This document shows positions 13,235-26,472 of a stretch of DNA of 64,000 nucleotides, in pieces. The translations under genes and the position numbers were made by a program. The first letter of the stretch is position 1; each line of letters starts with the position of its first letter. The notes beneath the pieces are model-generated. The model was not told where the DNA came from and did no database searches. It was given only the letters and a program-made list of their open reading frames with translations. This stretch comes from Basidiobolus meristosporus CBS 931.73 (lineage: Eukaryota; Fungi; Basidiobolomycota), in contig MCFE01000054.1 of assembly GCA_002104905.1 (NCBI GenBank), positions 131,627-195,626 of the forward strand, read 5' to 3'.

Positions 13235-14516
13235 CAAATCTCCTGTGCCAAAGCATTGGTGTTTCTTCATTTAAGTTACTTATATTGGCTTCCAGATATG
13301 ATGGAATATAAGTCAACTTGTATAGGTTCTGATCTCTGATGCCCGAAGCAATATGAGCACCATTTTGATCAGTGATCCTGCATCCAGAATTGTCAAAACT
13401 GAAACTGAGTCCTTCTGCTGTGGCCTTGCTTACAGAGAGTAGGTTCTTGGCTATTTCTAGTACATAGAGTACTTCTTTAAAGGTCAGTGTATGGCTTCCT
13501 TCACTGCTTCTAAGGTTTACTTGGATAGTTCCTTCTCCCACTGCATCAAGTGTTCTATCGTCACCCATGAAAACCTTCTTAATTGGGATTTCTTGATATT
13601 GGGTAAAAAGTTCTTTTTGGTGTGTAAAGTGTTGAGAAGCTCCAGAGTCAATATACCACGTCTGAGAATCCTTGTTTGTGGTCATATTTAGTGCAGATAT
13701 GAATAGTCTATCTTCAGCTGTTGCAGCATTTCCATATTCAGGCTTTTTTTGCTGATAATCTCTCTTTTTGAAACACCGGTCTGATGTGTGTCCTTTCCTT
13801 TTGCAGTAGTTGCAAAATAGGTTGCTGTTGCCTTTGTAGGGTCTTGGGTACCTCCTTTGTTGGTTATCATTGCTTATTAAAGCATTTTCTTCTTCCTTCT
13901 TATTGGCGCTTGATTTTCTTAATTCTTCATCCAGGAGCCTTCCATATACGTAATTTAAGGTCAAATCTTCAGTTCTGGACTCTAGGGCTGATACAAGGCC
14001 CTGAAACTCGTCTGTCAGGCTATTCAGGATGGTAACTATCACATCCTCATCAGTAGTTGGTACGCCCACAGATTCCATCTCATCTACCAGCAGGGTAATT
14101 CTGTTAATTAGATTTTTCATTTCTTCTCCTGGCAGCATCTTTGTAGTAAAGAATTTTCTTCTCAGATACATTTTCTTGGCAGCTGAACATGACTGGTAGG
14201 TGTCTTCTAATGCTTTCCAGGCATTCTTTGCCGTTTTTGCTCTTGAGCATTGAATCAGCAATTTGTCCTTGACATTAAGGCAAATGCAGTTAAAGGCACT
14301 TTGTTCTTTCTTCTGGTACTTCAAGGCTTCCTCTCCCACGTTTTTAGGAGGGCATTCTTCTCCCATGACAATATCCCAAAGGCCTCTTTCTTGTAGCAGC
14401 ATCTTCATCTTCACCTTCCACACTTGGTAGTTAGATCCATCCAACTTTTCAGCAGAGGGAAAAATTCCAGTAATAGCAGTAGTAGACATTGCAGAGAGTG
14501 ACAGCTTGGGGCTCAT
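13235..14516 (-). CDS. Copia gag and aspartic protease segment
   Basis: ATG lies inside the PBS. Contains KLDGSNYQVWKVKMKMLLQERGLWDIV (Copia gag N-terminus), zinc knuckle CNYCKRKGHTSDRC and protease motif WYIDSGASQH. Confidence 0.95.
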
Positions 14517-14520
14517 AACC
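14508..14520 (-). promoter_or_regulatory. Primer-binding site, half-tRNA-iMet type
   Basis: GGTTATGAGCCCC directly follows the 5' LTR and resembles the GGTTATGGGCCC PBS known from many Copia elements. Confidence 0.8.
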
Positions 14521-14870
14521 TGTTGTAAGAGTCTTGGAGATATTGGAAGTGATTGGGAGAACAAGTAGATTATGTGGTTTTCACTTAATGATTTATTGAA
14601 TGTAAAAGTGGTATTTATACTTTTACCTGGTCTTGGCATTACAAACACGTAGAATAGGTTAAGGAAGGTCCCAAGAACATGTGTGCAAAGTTTGGGGCTG
14701 TTTGGACAACTTTGAGAATTTTCATGTTCTGGGTACCTGGTATTTTGGTGAAAATATTCTAGGTAAATCCCGACAAGGAATTTGGTCAGTATTCTCTAGG
14801 ATTTGAAGGTGGTGATCTAAGTGACTAAGTTAGGTGAATATTTAGGTGGAAAATACGAATTTTTACAACA
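14521..14870 (-). repeat. 5' LTR of the Copia element
   Basis: 350 bp; followed on the minus strand by the PBS and gag. Confidence 0.95.
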
Positions 14871-15008
14871 AACATAAGGGAACCAGTGAAGGAACAGTGG
14901 CATAAAGCCATAGGGTTCCTGCCAAAGTCATTGAAACAGAGCATTACAGCTGCCACAGTAAATTTGCTGGTCAACACTGATAGTGAGCTCATGGAAGTGG
15001 CATCTTCA

Positions 15009-15357
15009 TGTTGTAAAAGTCTTGGAGATATTGGAAGTGATTGGGAGGACAAGTAGATTATGTGGTTTTCACTTATTAATTGATTGAATGTAAAAGTAGA
15101 ATATATACTTTCACATGGTCTTGGCATAAAAAACACATAGGATAGATTAAGGAAGGTTCCAAGAACATGTGTGCAAAGTTTGGGACTGTTTGGACAAGTT
15201 TGCAAATTTTCATGTTCTGGGTACCTGTTATTTTGGTGGAAATATTCTAAGTAAATCCCAACAAGGAATTTGGTCAGTATTCCCTGGGATTTGAAGGTAA
15301 TGATCCAAGTGACTAAGTTAGGTGAATATTTAGGTGGAATTACCAGTTTTTACAACA
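15009..15357 (-). mobile_element. Older solo LTR of the same family
   Basis: TGTTGTAAAAG...TTTACAACA termini; collinear with the consensus LTR; no matching TSD (CTTCA / GTAAG). Confidence 0.9.
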
Positions 15358-18300
15358 GTAAGGAGTGTAAAAAAGAGGCAGTAGCCAATCAATTTACACA
15401 AATGTAGGTGATAGAGCATCTGGGATCCAAAAGTGGGAGAATTGGCAAAGAACCAATCAAAAGCCACTTATGTATTGTTGTGATGAGAAATTTTGACCAA
15501 GTTTTTGTGAAATCTGGGGTACAATTACTTTCTGATGGTCTTTACATGGTGTCTTGACAGGACCAATACCTCTTAGTCAGGGGCCTTAAAATTTGTGATG
15601 GCCTTTTGATGCGATCATCACAATTATTTCACATTCCCTCAAAGAGAACAAATAGAAGTCAGCATGCAGTTGCAGCAAAGTTGGCAAGCTATAAGCCATT
15701 GGCCAGAATATAGAATTATTTGGAAGCTGGAGACACTCAAGGTAAAGGGTATCTGATGGAGCAAAAGCTTTCCACTGGGTGTAATGCATTTGCTTTTCAA
15801 CAACATCTCTATACTAATGACCAAATTGTACATGGGGCATTTCAGCCTTAATGAGCCCTTTGAGATACTGGAGAAGTTTGTAAGAATTGGCAAGGTATTT
15901 CAGAGTTCTTGCTACCCTAAGTACTTCTCACAGGCTCCAATCAAGATTCATACACATATGCAACAATACATATGCAAGGACTGGATGAACTGGATAAGTA
16001 TTTATTCAAGTGGCCTTCTGAAGCCATTTCTCCCAAGAGTGCATTGAAAGCACTGGGAGTCATATGTGGACATTGTAGTAATATTTATCTAGAAGCAGAT
16101 CACCAATGCCAACTTGGCACATCTATAGCTTTTGTGCAAAGAGTTTGTGACAGGATTTGAGCAGCATACTACAAACATAAAGCTAAATGCATAGATCTCT
16201 GCCACTACTGTATCCATTTGCTACTCTATCTTGCTTGGTATGTTGAGAATATTGGACCTTGCTTCACCTTTTAGGAGTTTCCTATGGAGCAGATGTGCAT
16301 GGAGATAGGAAGACAAGTCAAGTTGCAGGTACTACCATATCCCAATCTCATCAAGAATATTACTTTCAAGTCCATCATGGATGTGATGACTTGGCACATG
16401 GAGGACAGCCAGGAAGAGTTGGAAAATACTGAGGACAGATGTGCACATGGAGACACCTATACCTATGACCTTAAAAAGTTAAGCAGCCCCAATGCATTGG
16501 TAATCAGTTAAGTAATGCAAAGTTGGGTTAGGTGCAACAAGCAACTAATTTTTATTAGGAAAACTCTGCCAAAGTATGCCAGGCTTCTCTTGGTCACAAG
16601 CCAGTTTCAATACTATTCCATATGGAATTCACATAAACAAGAGCCAGAGTGCACCTATAAGAGAAACTAGAATCCAGCAGGGAGAAGGATTATATTGGCT
16701 AAATACCAAAAAGTTGTTTATGGATATTCAGGAGGCATTCATGGCAGAAGTGGTGGCAACCGAGCATATGTTTGCAAGATGTATATGTTACCAGCAATAC
16801 AAGGTATATGGCAACTTTGCAAGTATCACACTAAAAAGCTGTAAAGTTGAGATAATAGAAGCATGACAATTGCAGCAGGTGTGTGCATTTGTAGAGGTTG
16901 GTAAGCAGGAGGCCATAGTATTTTTTGATTGAACTATATGTGGAATACTCAAGGTAGTAGTGTGTAAGCAAATAAAGAGGGTGATTCTAGAGTGGAATAT
17001 ATGAATTGCACCAGGGAAGGTACCAAAAGGAAATACCATTTGTTAAATTGATATGGTAGCATTGCACAGAGCTGGCTGTAGGTTGCCATACTGCTATAAT
17101 AGTGCCATCAAAGGCTTGCAATGAGGCGGTCAAAACACCATCAAGTTTTTTGCCATATAAGGCAATTTTATGTGCTGGCCAGTTAGATCCACTCAAATAG
17201 TTGTTAACCACTCCAAGACTGTAGCAATGCCATGCCACTCTTAGCAATACACCATACAAACACTGGTATGTTTTTTAGTTCTATTTGGCTGTAAAATTAG
17301 CCAAATGCCATTTTGATGCTGTCATAAGAATGTGTAGATAGTCATTAATTCCAAGCTGCCAGTATTTCAGTGGTCTTCTCATGTGATTTTGATGGCTGAT
17401 CCAGATTGGATCCACCTGTGGGGCCAAATTATTCTTCATAGTGGATGTGATTGCATTGAATTGCTGTCATTTATCACAATGCATTTTTTTGTAATCCAAA
17501 TTGAGCCATTGCAAACCAGTGATCACTGAATTTTTGATATAAGCAATATCAACACCATCTCATTCTTGAGACAGAATTCCTATGAATAAACACCTTGAAT
17601 ACTGATACATCATCTGTAACACCAGTACAGCTATTTGATCTGTTTTGCACCTACCCAAATAGTTGGGTACCAGCTATGATAGCTTGTCTAATCACTGAAA
17701 TCAGCAAGTTGCTTGCTAAATGGGCAAAATGGGATATTTGATGGTATATCAGGTAGCTGGTGTATGATCAATGAGCCAATTGGGGGCTCACAGCTCCAGG
17801 TTACTTTTAGATCAACCAACCTCTGACATACTGTCCAATTGGAGTCATGGTAACCAAAGTGGTAAGTATCAGTGTAGTTTATAGTGTGATATGCATATAT
17901 TTCCATTTACATTAAAGAAACCTATCCAAATACAAGATTTACCTACCATACTAGTGGTATCCAATTGCTAATGTGATGCAAACATTACAAGTTGGAGCAA
18001 TTGTCTGTGCCAATCCCATTGTGTTAGATTGTGCCATAGTTTGGAAGATTGTCCCCGTAGTGCAAAATTGTCTAAGAGCAATCCTGCCAACTGGTAGCTA
18101 CAACATCATGCCTAATTATCCAGCTGGTGCTTTCCATCAGAATTTCAGTTGCTAATTGTGGTGGATATATGAAGTAGTGTGTGACTAAACCTGGCATGAA
18201 TGTTATTTAGCCTAGTCTTCTCCTACAAAATATGTCTTGTTGTCTGGCAAATAGCTAGCAGCCAAGATACTGATAGTTGCAAGTTTTGTGTGACCTGGAA

Positions 18301-18800
18301 TTCTGCTGATACTATTTGTGCACATTCATGGGTAATTAGATACTTTATCAACAATAACTATTTACTAGCTCTGCAAGTGATATTTAATCCATGGTGAAGT
18401 TGTGTAATGGTGCTTGCCGTAAGAAAAAAATATAAGTAAAGGATAGCAGAATACCATCATCAAATCAGCTGAACATCAACTTTTCCAAAAGTTACAACTC
18501 TCATCATCTGAGGTACTAACATCACAGCAGACAAGTAGACATTTTTTTCCAGGGGGGAGACTATGCTAAATAGCTTTCATGACATATTTGGTAATCAGAT
18601 ACTCATTGCTTCTGCCACAAATTGCAAATGAAATTTGAAGTGGAAACACCAGTTGAACACCAGCTAAGAATCCAATAACTGAATTATATCTATGTTGGTA
18701 TCTATAAACTCTATACACCCATACTCTACTCAGTATAGACAAAAGTATTACTGCTTGAGAATAGTGGCCAAGTGGCAAACATCCAGTATGGCACTATTTG
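15358..18800. other. AT-rich, almost CpG-free decayed repeat block, probably transposon relics of unidentified family
   Basis: Only about 5 CG dinucleotides seen by eye in ~3.4 kb; no long ORFs; flanked by TE relics. Confidence 0.55.
18115..18675. repeat. Degenerate inverted pair of a second dispersed repeat ('family B'), arms ~18115-18330 and ~18440-18675
   Basis: The reverse complement of the left arm aligns with the right arm (CAGACAA..AGACAT.TTTT...GGAGA.GACTA.GCT and CCACAA.T.GCAA.TGAAATT...GGAAA.CACCAG.TG). Confidence 0.55.
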
Positions 18801-21773
18801 CTAGCAAATGATAATAATTGTATCCTACTAGTAAATTTATAAGAATGATGATATGAATTATCTAGTGCGACAGGTAAATCATCAATGTGATAGAAATCCG
18901 AATGACCTCCCATAATCAACACCAATTATGAGAGAAAGTCCACAATCTCAATGATAACGTGTGTAGTCGTATGACCATAGCCCAGCAAGATTTAGAAATA
19001 CTGTGGAAAGGCTCGAGGCCACTTGCTAGAATGTGGTACTGGGGCAGCCGTTGCTTAGTAGTCCTGAAGACATTTAGCCTGGTCTCAGTCATCCCCATGA
19101 TATGTGAAACTGCGTTTCAATGATAAATGAAGTTTCACGATTTTTGCCAAGAATTCCAAGTTCCCTGAGCAATAAATAATCTCCGCCATCAATTCCACCC
19201 CATATGGTGAAAGCAATGCAGGATTTTTCAAATACCGATATCTGAGAATTCGATAGTTTCTTATCCAGGTGTGCCGTGAGTGCATGTGCATGTCGAAGCC
19301 TAGGTGGCTAATACAAAAGACGCAACTGCTGAGCCATAGAATCCGGACCATTCTAGAGGCAATATCTGAGCCTATTGCTTCGGCCACTATTCTTTCGAGG
19401 ATACATTCATCGCTGAATTATAGACAGGACTTCTACTAGGCACCCTCACCAACGGCGTGGATTGATCCATCAACATGATTTCTGATCAGGGCTTGTCCTA
19501 CATATCATCCTAACCAACCTTAAATGACTGAAATTCCTGCTGGCGTCATGATGTGTTGGTAGGGACTTGCTATATATAGTATCCGCTGGTGACCATTCAC
19601 CACTCATTGTTGTGTCTAACCAAAAAATCGACATGTTGCTACTCTATGTGCCACGGTTTCGACACAAGGATATTTGTATGATGAGTGACAGCATGTAATA
19701 ATCCCTTCATATGAAGGGCCACATTAAATGTTACTCATCCAGACTTGGCCAAGCTTCACCTGATTTCAACTGCTGAGTGTTGATAAGCACGCGTATCTAG
19801 AAGCGCATAAGGATACAGATTGATGTCAGATGGCTTATTGAATGTGGTAGCTCTCCCGGTTACTCCAATTTGTCACTTAAGCGCAATCTGGCCATTTCGG
19901 CGCCGCAACTATATTTGTGGAGCTAGCAATCCGAAAACAGTCTAGCAATGCGACTGAATGTGGTAGCTGTCTGTTGTGCAAAATCGCTGTACAAGGCTTG
20001 GAGGTATTGTGGCAAGGTCCTACTTGAGGAACCATTAAACGGGTGGTTTGGTGAGCAGTCTTTCATTAAAGACTATTGTTTTTTGCGGCACAAAGCCTGC
20101 TTGGGGATGAACAACTCAGCATCGATGGATACAAACATCGTGGAGTTGATGGCTGGATGATTGGATATGTTGAATTCATCAGCCCGTACATGTCGATTCA
20201 CCATGAATTGAGAACCACTACAATAGTGTGCAATTGAAACAAACCATCCCCGTAGTGATCATTCAAACAACTTTCTCTCTATTAAGATTGTTGTTGAAAT
20301 GGGCTTCGAATCAACAGCCTAACGACCAGCCCAACCAGTTCATCCCCTGAGGCGTTCCTCAGAATCAAGGTGCCTATACACCTCATGTGCTGTACGTTTT
20401 TATCTACAGACTCAACGAACTAAACAGTCGCCTTCCTTTTTCGATGACCACCTGGGGAGGAGATTTTCTCTCCCGGCCTATAATATGACCAATGGAGCTG
20501 CCAAGGGATCCACAGCTTCCACATTGATTAATCAAAATATCAACCCAAAATAATTTAGCAGACGTGCAATCAATTAGAGTCCCTATCAGTTACAGGAAAC
20601 CGCAACATTGTCCGATCATTAATCCTGAATACATTTCTCCCTGTAGGCACTTAATTGGTATTCATCCAACTATTAGATTGGCTCATCAACATAAATGATA
20701 CACTAATCAAATTAAACAAGTATCCTCCTCAAATAGCATGATTCTCCTTTAGGGCTTGTATGTTGTCCTCCTCGATTTAGGGAATATGCCTCGAAAATAG
20801 AAATTGGGAAACTGATTTGTGTACTCAATCAATCCTCATTGATGAGTTTATGCCAAACAGATTACCTGTTTACCACAATGATTATCAGTTGGTCCAAGCT
20901 GAGGCTGGTGCATCGATCTTGCTAATCGCAGATTTTGTTGACAAAATGAGCATCGAAGCCACCATTTGTATCACACCGCGGCGCTTGGGTATGCACCTTC
21001 TAGAGCCATTGGGCCACTAGGATACAGGTATCATCTAACTCCTCCCATTGAAAATATGGCGTACTGAGCGAGTTCTCCCCCAGTTACACCGAAAATGGTT
21101 GGCGGAAGGTCTATACCGATGTTGTCTGCAGGCAGATCAACTCCGGCTCTCCCGACAAGTGGACGCCCTTGCTGAGTGGTGAATGCGCTGAGTTTGGCCA
21201 GAAAACACGTGTTGGATTCGTGAGCCATCGACAGTGGTTTCTTGGCGCTTGACTATTTGTCCTACTCCTCATCATACTCGCACGTTGTGCCATCGGATGT
21301 CGGGAAGAAAGGGGATTTGAAAAAGGAAATTGCGAGACCATCCCATTAGATCTTCGGAGATTTTAGCTGAAAATAAGGCAAGTGCTTCGTTCCTAGAATT
21401 GGGCCCCATTCAGCGTGAGCTAAGTGGGTTGGGGCTGGTGGCCTAATCAATGTACTCATATGGCTATGCTGGCTCAGCCTTTACTAAAATTGATTGTTGA
21501 TCTCATAGTGTCACCAATGTTTCGTGAAGCTGGAACTCAACCTGTTCCCAAGGACTTTTATTGAACTGAGGTGCAGAAGGAAATCTGAAATATAATCTAT
21601 GAATCCAGTTCATAAATCAAGTGTGTAACATTGCTACTAGTTCGATGGGTTGGGTGTTGACGATTAGTCAGTCAAAATTGGATTTGGTTTTACAAATTGT
21701 GGCAGCTGGAATTGGCACCGTGAATTATATGTACAAGTTAGGAGGAACCAGTAGTAGATCATACCATAATCGA

Positions 21774-22343
21774 TCATATCGTATTTACCCGTGGAATATA
21801 TTCTCCTGTCCATTGCACGGGCGAATGCAAGTATGCTATGGCATCAGTACCGTAGACAGGGTCGATGTATTCATGGAGAGTCATTTGGCACACTAACAGG
21901 TAGTACTGTTGATTTTGGGTGTCGATAAGAGTCTTCCAGCGACGAAATTCTGCCTCTGATACGTGCAACTGATACTGGATGCATGAGAGGAACTCCCGCT
22001 CCATAACGCCAATCTCATAGGAATCCAGTCCTGTGATGACTGACCAAGTGCGGTTGTTAAACGGCCTGTCTTCGAGGTACTTACTCGCAAGAAGAAGCGC
22101 AACTGCGAAAATGCGCACCTCAGAGCCCCTGCCTCCACTGAGGCGAGGACAGTATTGCTTTAGACGCTGAAGGTACATTAAGGCTAAGTAGATGTTTGAT
22201 GGGGAGCTGTCGCACCAAGAGAGAACGCGCTCGCAAAATGCCACCAGCATAGTAGTATCAACGCCTGCATTGCCATACCACAACCTGGTAACAAGGGAAG
22301 AAACGAACTTCGAGGATAAGGGGTGGATGTATGTATTTATCAT
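21774..22343 (-). CDS. Pho80/Pcl-like cyclin, single exon
   Basis: IYLALMYLQRL, RIFAVALLLASKYLEDRPFNNRTWSVITG and EIGVMEREFLSCIQYQLHV match the Pcl/Pho80 cyclin box pattern. Confidence 0.88.
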   Translation of the reverse strand: MINTYIHPLSSKFVSSLVTRLWYGNAGVDTTMLVAFCERVLSWCDSSPSNIYLALMYLQRLKQYCPRLSGGRGSEVRIFAVALLLASKYLEDRPFNNRTWSVITGLDSYEIGVMEREFLSCIQYQLHVSEAEFRRWKTLIDTQNQQYYLLVCQMTLHEYIDPVYGTDAIAYLHSPVQWTGEYIPRVNTI

Positions 22344-25300
22344 GTCAGTACTATGAGTACAGCTCCAGTGTTCGATGAATTCAGCAGCCGACGGGGATTG
22401 TCATCATTTTATAGGATTCTCTGGATGGGACTGAAAGCGTGCTATTCATTAACAATGTTCTTGGGTATACTATAATATACTACCGAATTCGATCGTGCTG
22501 ATACGGCTATTCATTGGCCTCTCTATCGTTGGTGGGCTAAATGAAATCTTCTGGGATTCGGGTCAACCTATTTGTCCCACTTAAAAAAATATTGAATCAA
22601 TTTGGAGCGTCGCCAGCGTATTTCCGACGATGCTATAATAAATTGCTTTCATATTTTTAGAATTATTCTTAGTCACTCCTTGATTGAATTGGAATACTCA
22701 GGTAGCATGGAGTAACTCGGGTCCATCCCACCGGACATTTAACAAAGTTGCTGATAATACGTCCCTTTTGGAAAGTACGTTGCACAATAGCTGCTACATG
22801 TGGATGTCATTTGAATTGACTCCATTCATTAGGAGTTCAAAGCGTCGGCAATGGCGGTACTGGATCCTAGCATAGTGATTGATAATCAGTCCGGAATTGT
22901 CAGTTGGCTGAGGTTGGATTCCAGGGTTGAAGTGGCGCTTCGAATCTATTTTTCACAAATGCTATTTTAGCAAACATAATAGGAATGACGGCTGAGTGCT
23001 TACACATGTTCAAATGGTTGTGGTTGTTGTTACCCCCAGTGGACGTATTTTCTCATATAGAACACCTCTGCCTAACCAAGCCACCTATTATGGTATTACA
23101 TATGTGGGCTTAGGCTTGATGCGCCTGCCTGCCTAAGAACTTCAGCTTGTCAAATCGACCATCCATGAATTTGCTTTAGTATTAATGCGTTTCATCTAAT
23201 ATCAAGCCCACAGTTGAACTGCATGTTTGACAAGTAAGAGATGGTCATATTGCATCATAGCGCTACCATTCATACAGCAGCGAGGTAGGGGCAATGTGCA
23301 ATTATTGAGTGCATTATTTTGGGCTCTTTGTCTACTTAACGCACTTGATGGTACATGTATTGCTCCCCAAAATACATGTAGGATGGCCGATGTCCAGATG
23401 TATGTCTCTGTATACACTCTCCGGCACTGAATGTCAATTTATTCATGTGCAACTTGGTACGAGTATGAACAACCTGAATGTTCATGTACAAACGAAATTA
23501 TATTACCTGATCATCTGGCAATCTGTCCCTCAGATACAAATAGTAAACATCAGCCAATTGGCTACATCAACATTCGGCTACCAGTACTGGGTGAGGGCTT
23601 CCAATCCCACTAACTGGATGTGAATCATTGTGGAAGTGTAATTAATGTTTAACAACTTAAATTTAGATGAATTCCATACATTCGAGTCAATTAGTGGCTC
23701 CTTATGGCAAATTTGTATTGGAATCCGGGTTTGATCTAATTAATGAGTGGCTTCTAACTAGGCCCAAGATTTTCAGCAGATTGTCTCCAACTATATTCGA
23801 TGCAAATACTTTGGCAACAATAGGGATTTTCAATGGTAGGATTAGATGAGGTTGGGCTGGGTTGGATTAGGTGAGGTTGATGGCGTGGCATACTACACTT
23901 AGAATCAAGTACTCAAAAATAATCTGGTGGGGGATTGTAGATATACTTAACTCTATGGTATATTTTACACATATTGAATAAAATGGGTCAAAAAGTGAAT
24001 GAATGCTAAGCTAATTTCCTAGGTATGCATGGGAGAGTTCTAATGTATGTTGCAAAGTGTTGCTTCTTGCAGTCAAATAGGAGGGTAAGGTGTGAAGTAT
24101 CTACTCATGGTTCATTTACTACCATGCATAGATGAGGTGTAGAAATGGCAATGACACTAGAAGTTCCCCAGGCAGGACAAGCAGCTTCAGTTGACATCAG
24201 ACTGCAACAGTCGGTGTTATCAGGTTTTACTTTGGAGTTGACTTGCTATGGTTCAAGAGCAGTGTTGAAGTTGTTTGAGAACAATTGCTTTCTTAAACCG
24301 AATATGCTACCTCATTAAATATCTGTTGGCCACCTGGGTGAAACTCAGTTGCTATGCTTTTCCCATCCGTCACTTATCGTCAATTGCCTTCCGTATGATT
24401 CAATTTGCTGTGGTCTTTTCTGGACCATGCTGTTACGACTCGGCAAACCGTTCATTCGTTATCGATTTTCAAAGCAGAGTATTAGCCAGTCATCGAATAC
24501 TCGATGTACATCCACGTCTGCAACCCTGCGCCATATTTTGATTGTTGTTTACTGGTGCCTACTCATCTGTGCACAACTTTTCGGAATTGGGCACGCACGC
24601 TCGTATGTGCTATTTTGTGGCCTTCGTAGACAGTGTGATCACTACTCAGCCTATCCCACATGAGTTCGCAACTGAAAATGCTGTCTAACCAGCCACCACG
24701 TTCCCCTTATTCTAGGTTCAGATCATTTCGATCAGTATATCGGGCTCAGTGGCGAACGATTGAAAACAATACTGGGCCTGCAAAATAGCCCCACATCGCA
24801 CGAATGTTGCGGATCGGCATGACATTGCACTCACTTTTTAGGATTCATTTCTCATTTGAAATAGCCAAGAAATCGAGTGATTCTAAAATTATCACTCGGC
24901 TATCTCTAGAACGCCGAAAAACCGACCATCCTGCTTGAATGTGTGCCTTAGACTCCTCATCACACTATTGGAGAAGGCCCAATCTCTTTCGGTGACTGGC
25001 TTCTATGCGGAATCCGCTACAAAATAGCTAAAGTTGAATCAGCTCCGACTCGCATTAGCTTTCTGCTGATCTAAGAGGCTCTTGGCTAGTGTTTGTGCCA
25101 GCCGTTTCCATACCACCCAACCCAGTATTGGTGAAGATTCCATAATAGCCTAATCAATGAGAATCCATGATATATTTTCTCTTGATTTCTATTTGCTGAC
25201 AATTATAGTCACATCCATATGAGGAATATCTCCAAAGGTTGGGCAACACGAATAAATGTTAGCCGTCTCCTATCAACCACGGCAAAAAGCTATTTCCAAA

Positions 25301-26472
25301 ACCAATCCTAGGCAGCTTCGCCTTGATTTGATAAAATGAAGGGTCTAGGTGTCTGTTGAGGTATAGCTCGTCAGTCAGATGCCAGGTTTCCATTCTTACT
25401 GATACAGCATCACCATAGAGAAATTCGACATTTTGGCTCTATATGTTGCTCGCTGAAGAGCCCTTAAACGATGTGACTCTGCATTCCTGGAGTCCACCCA
25501 ACCAAGTCAATAGTTGCTCGTATTTGGTGATAGTAAGATGGAATCGAGCCATTTGTCTATTCGAACTGATCACTCTTGGACAAATAGTACACAATGATCC
25601 TGGAATTACCTAATGCAATCAAATGATGTTCCATATTCTTCATCTTGAGCCCCAGCTGCTAATCTGATGCTATGGATGGCTCATCCGACCTTGATCCCCT
25701 GGTCATGTTTCCAAGGCCCTAAGCATCTTTACCGAATCCATTCGGGTGCCAGCTAGGTTCAACTGATGATCATAGAGTGGTCCCAAATATTCTGAATACA
25801 TCATTATTCCTTAATCAGCATCTGAGAAGTGCCTTGAATGATTGGACAATCACATTGAATAGATATTTATTTTGATGGTTTTGTAAAGGGAAATACAGTG
25901 ATTCATATCATTGGTTCTCTCCTGGAAGCGTACCAATGAAGTGCTGTTGCATATACAAAGATGAATTCATTACTTTATTGACCGTCACCCAGAAGCTCCA
26001 CCTCGCTTATGGCTGCACCCTGAGTTACCGTTCAAGTCGATTCGTCTGTGTCTACATCAAACATAAAGCCCCTTGCTTCACTCCTGCCCTGCCATCGGGT
26101 GTTGTACTCAGTGGAATAAGAGCTGGTGATTGATATCAATTAAAAGTAATTGGAAACGACGGATCTAAGATTAGTTCTATGTTGCACTTTACCTAAACGA
26201 AACTGGATATGATCTAATTTGATACATTTCCAGCAGGTGACCAATTGCTAGTGATCATTTTTATCATACCTCATTGAATGATTGGCCCAATAAACATCGA
26301 GAGCACTGCAAAAAGACTGCTTAAAAACGACTAATTTATATCGTATTGTATCGGCTTTCCTTGGTGTATATATAACCTTACCTAGCCCCGGCTTGCTAGT
26401 GAATTATTTATTGTTGGCTCTTTCTCACTCAACTTGATAACTTATTTTTTGCTACAACGTGTTACGCAAACA

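Larger units (their letters stand above)
9828..14870 (-). mobile_element. Full-length Ty1/Copia LTR retrotransposon interrupted by a nested solo LTR
   Basis: Two 350-bp TG...CA LTRs (9828-10177 and 14521-14870) differing at 3 positions by eye; 5-bp TSD AACAT (9823-9827 and 14871-14875); PBS and PPT present; domain order gag-PR-IN-RT-RNaseH. Confidence 0.97.

Noticed and set aside
14825-15205. 126-aa ORF and similar LTR-derived ORFs (9722-9955, 32661-32903)
   Set aside because: Reading frames running through LTR sequence into flanks; not independent genes.
15400-17300. Possible CACTA/En-Spm transposase remnant (CPMYNL resembling DPMHNL)
   Set aside because: One weak motif and no terminal inverted repeats found; reported only as an unidentified decayed block.
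19085-21341. Short ORFs in CpG-normal DNA (19085-19387, 20817-21020, 21031-21341)
   Set aside because: No recognisable domain or consistent exon chain; may be pseudogene relics but cannot be supported.
25100-25620. Protein-like minus-strand frame with stops (…RMETWHLTDELYLNRHLDPSFYQIKAKLPRIGFG…)
   Set aside because: Looks like a decayed coding sequence, but I cannot assign a family without a search.
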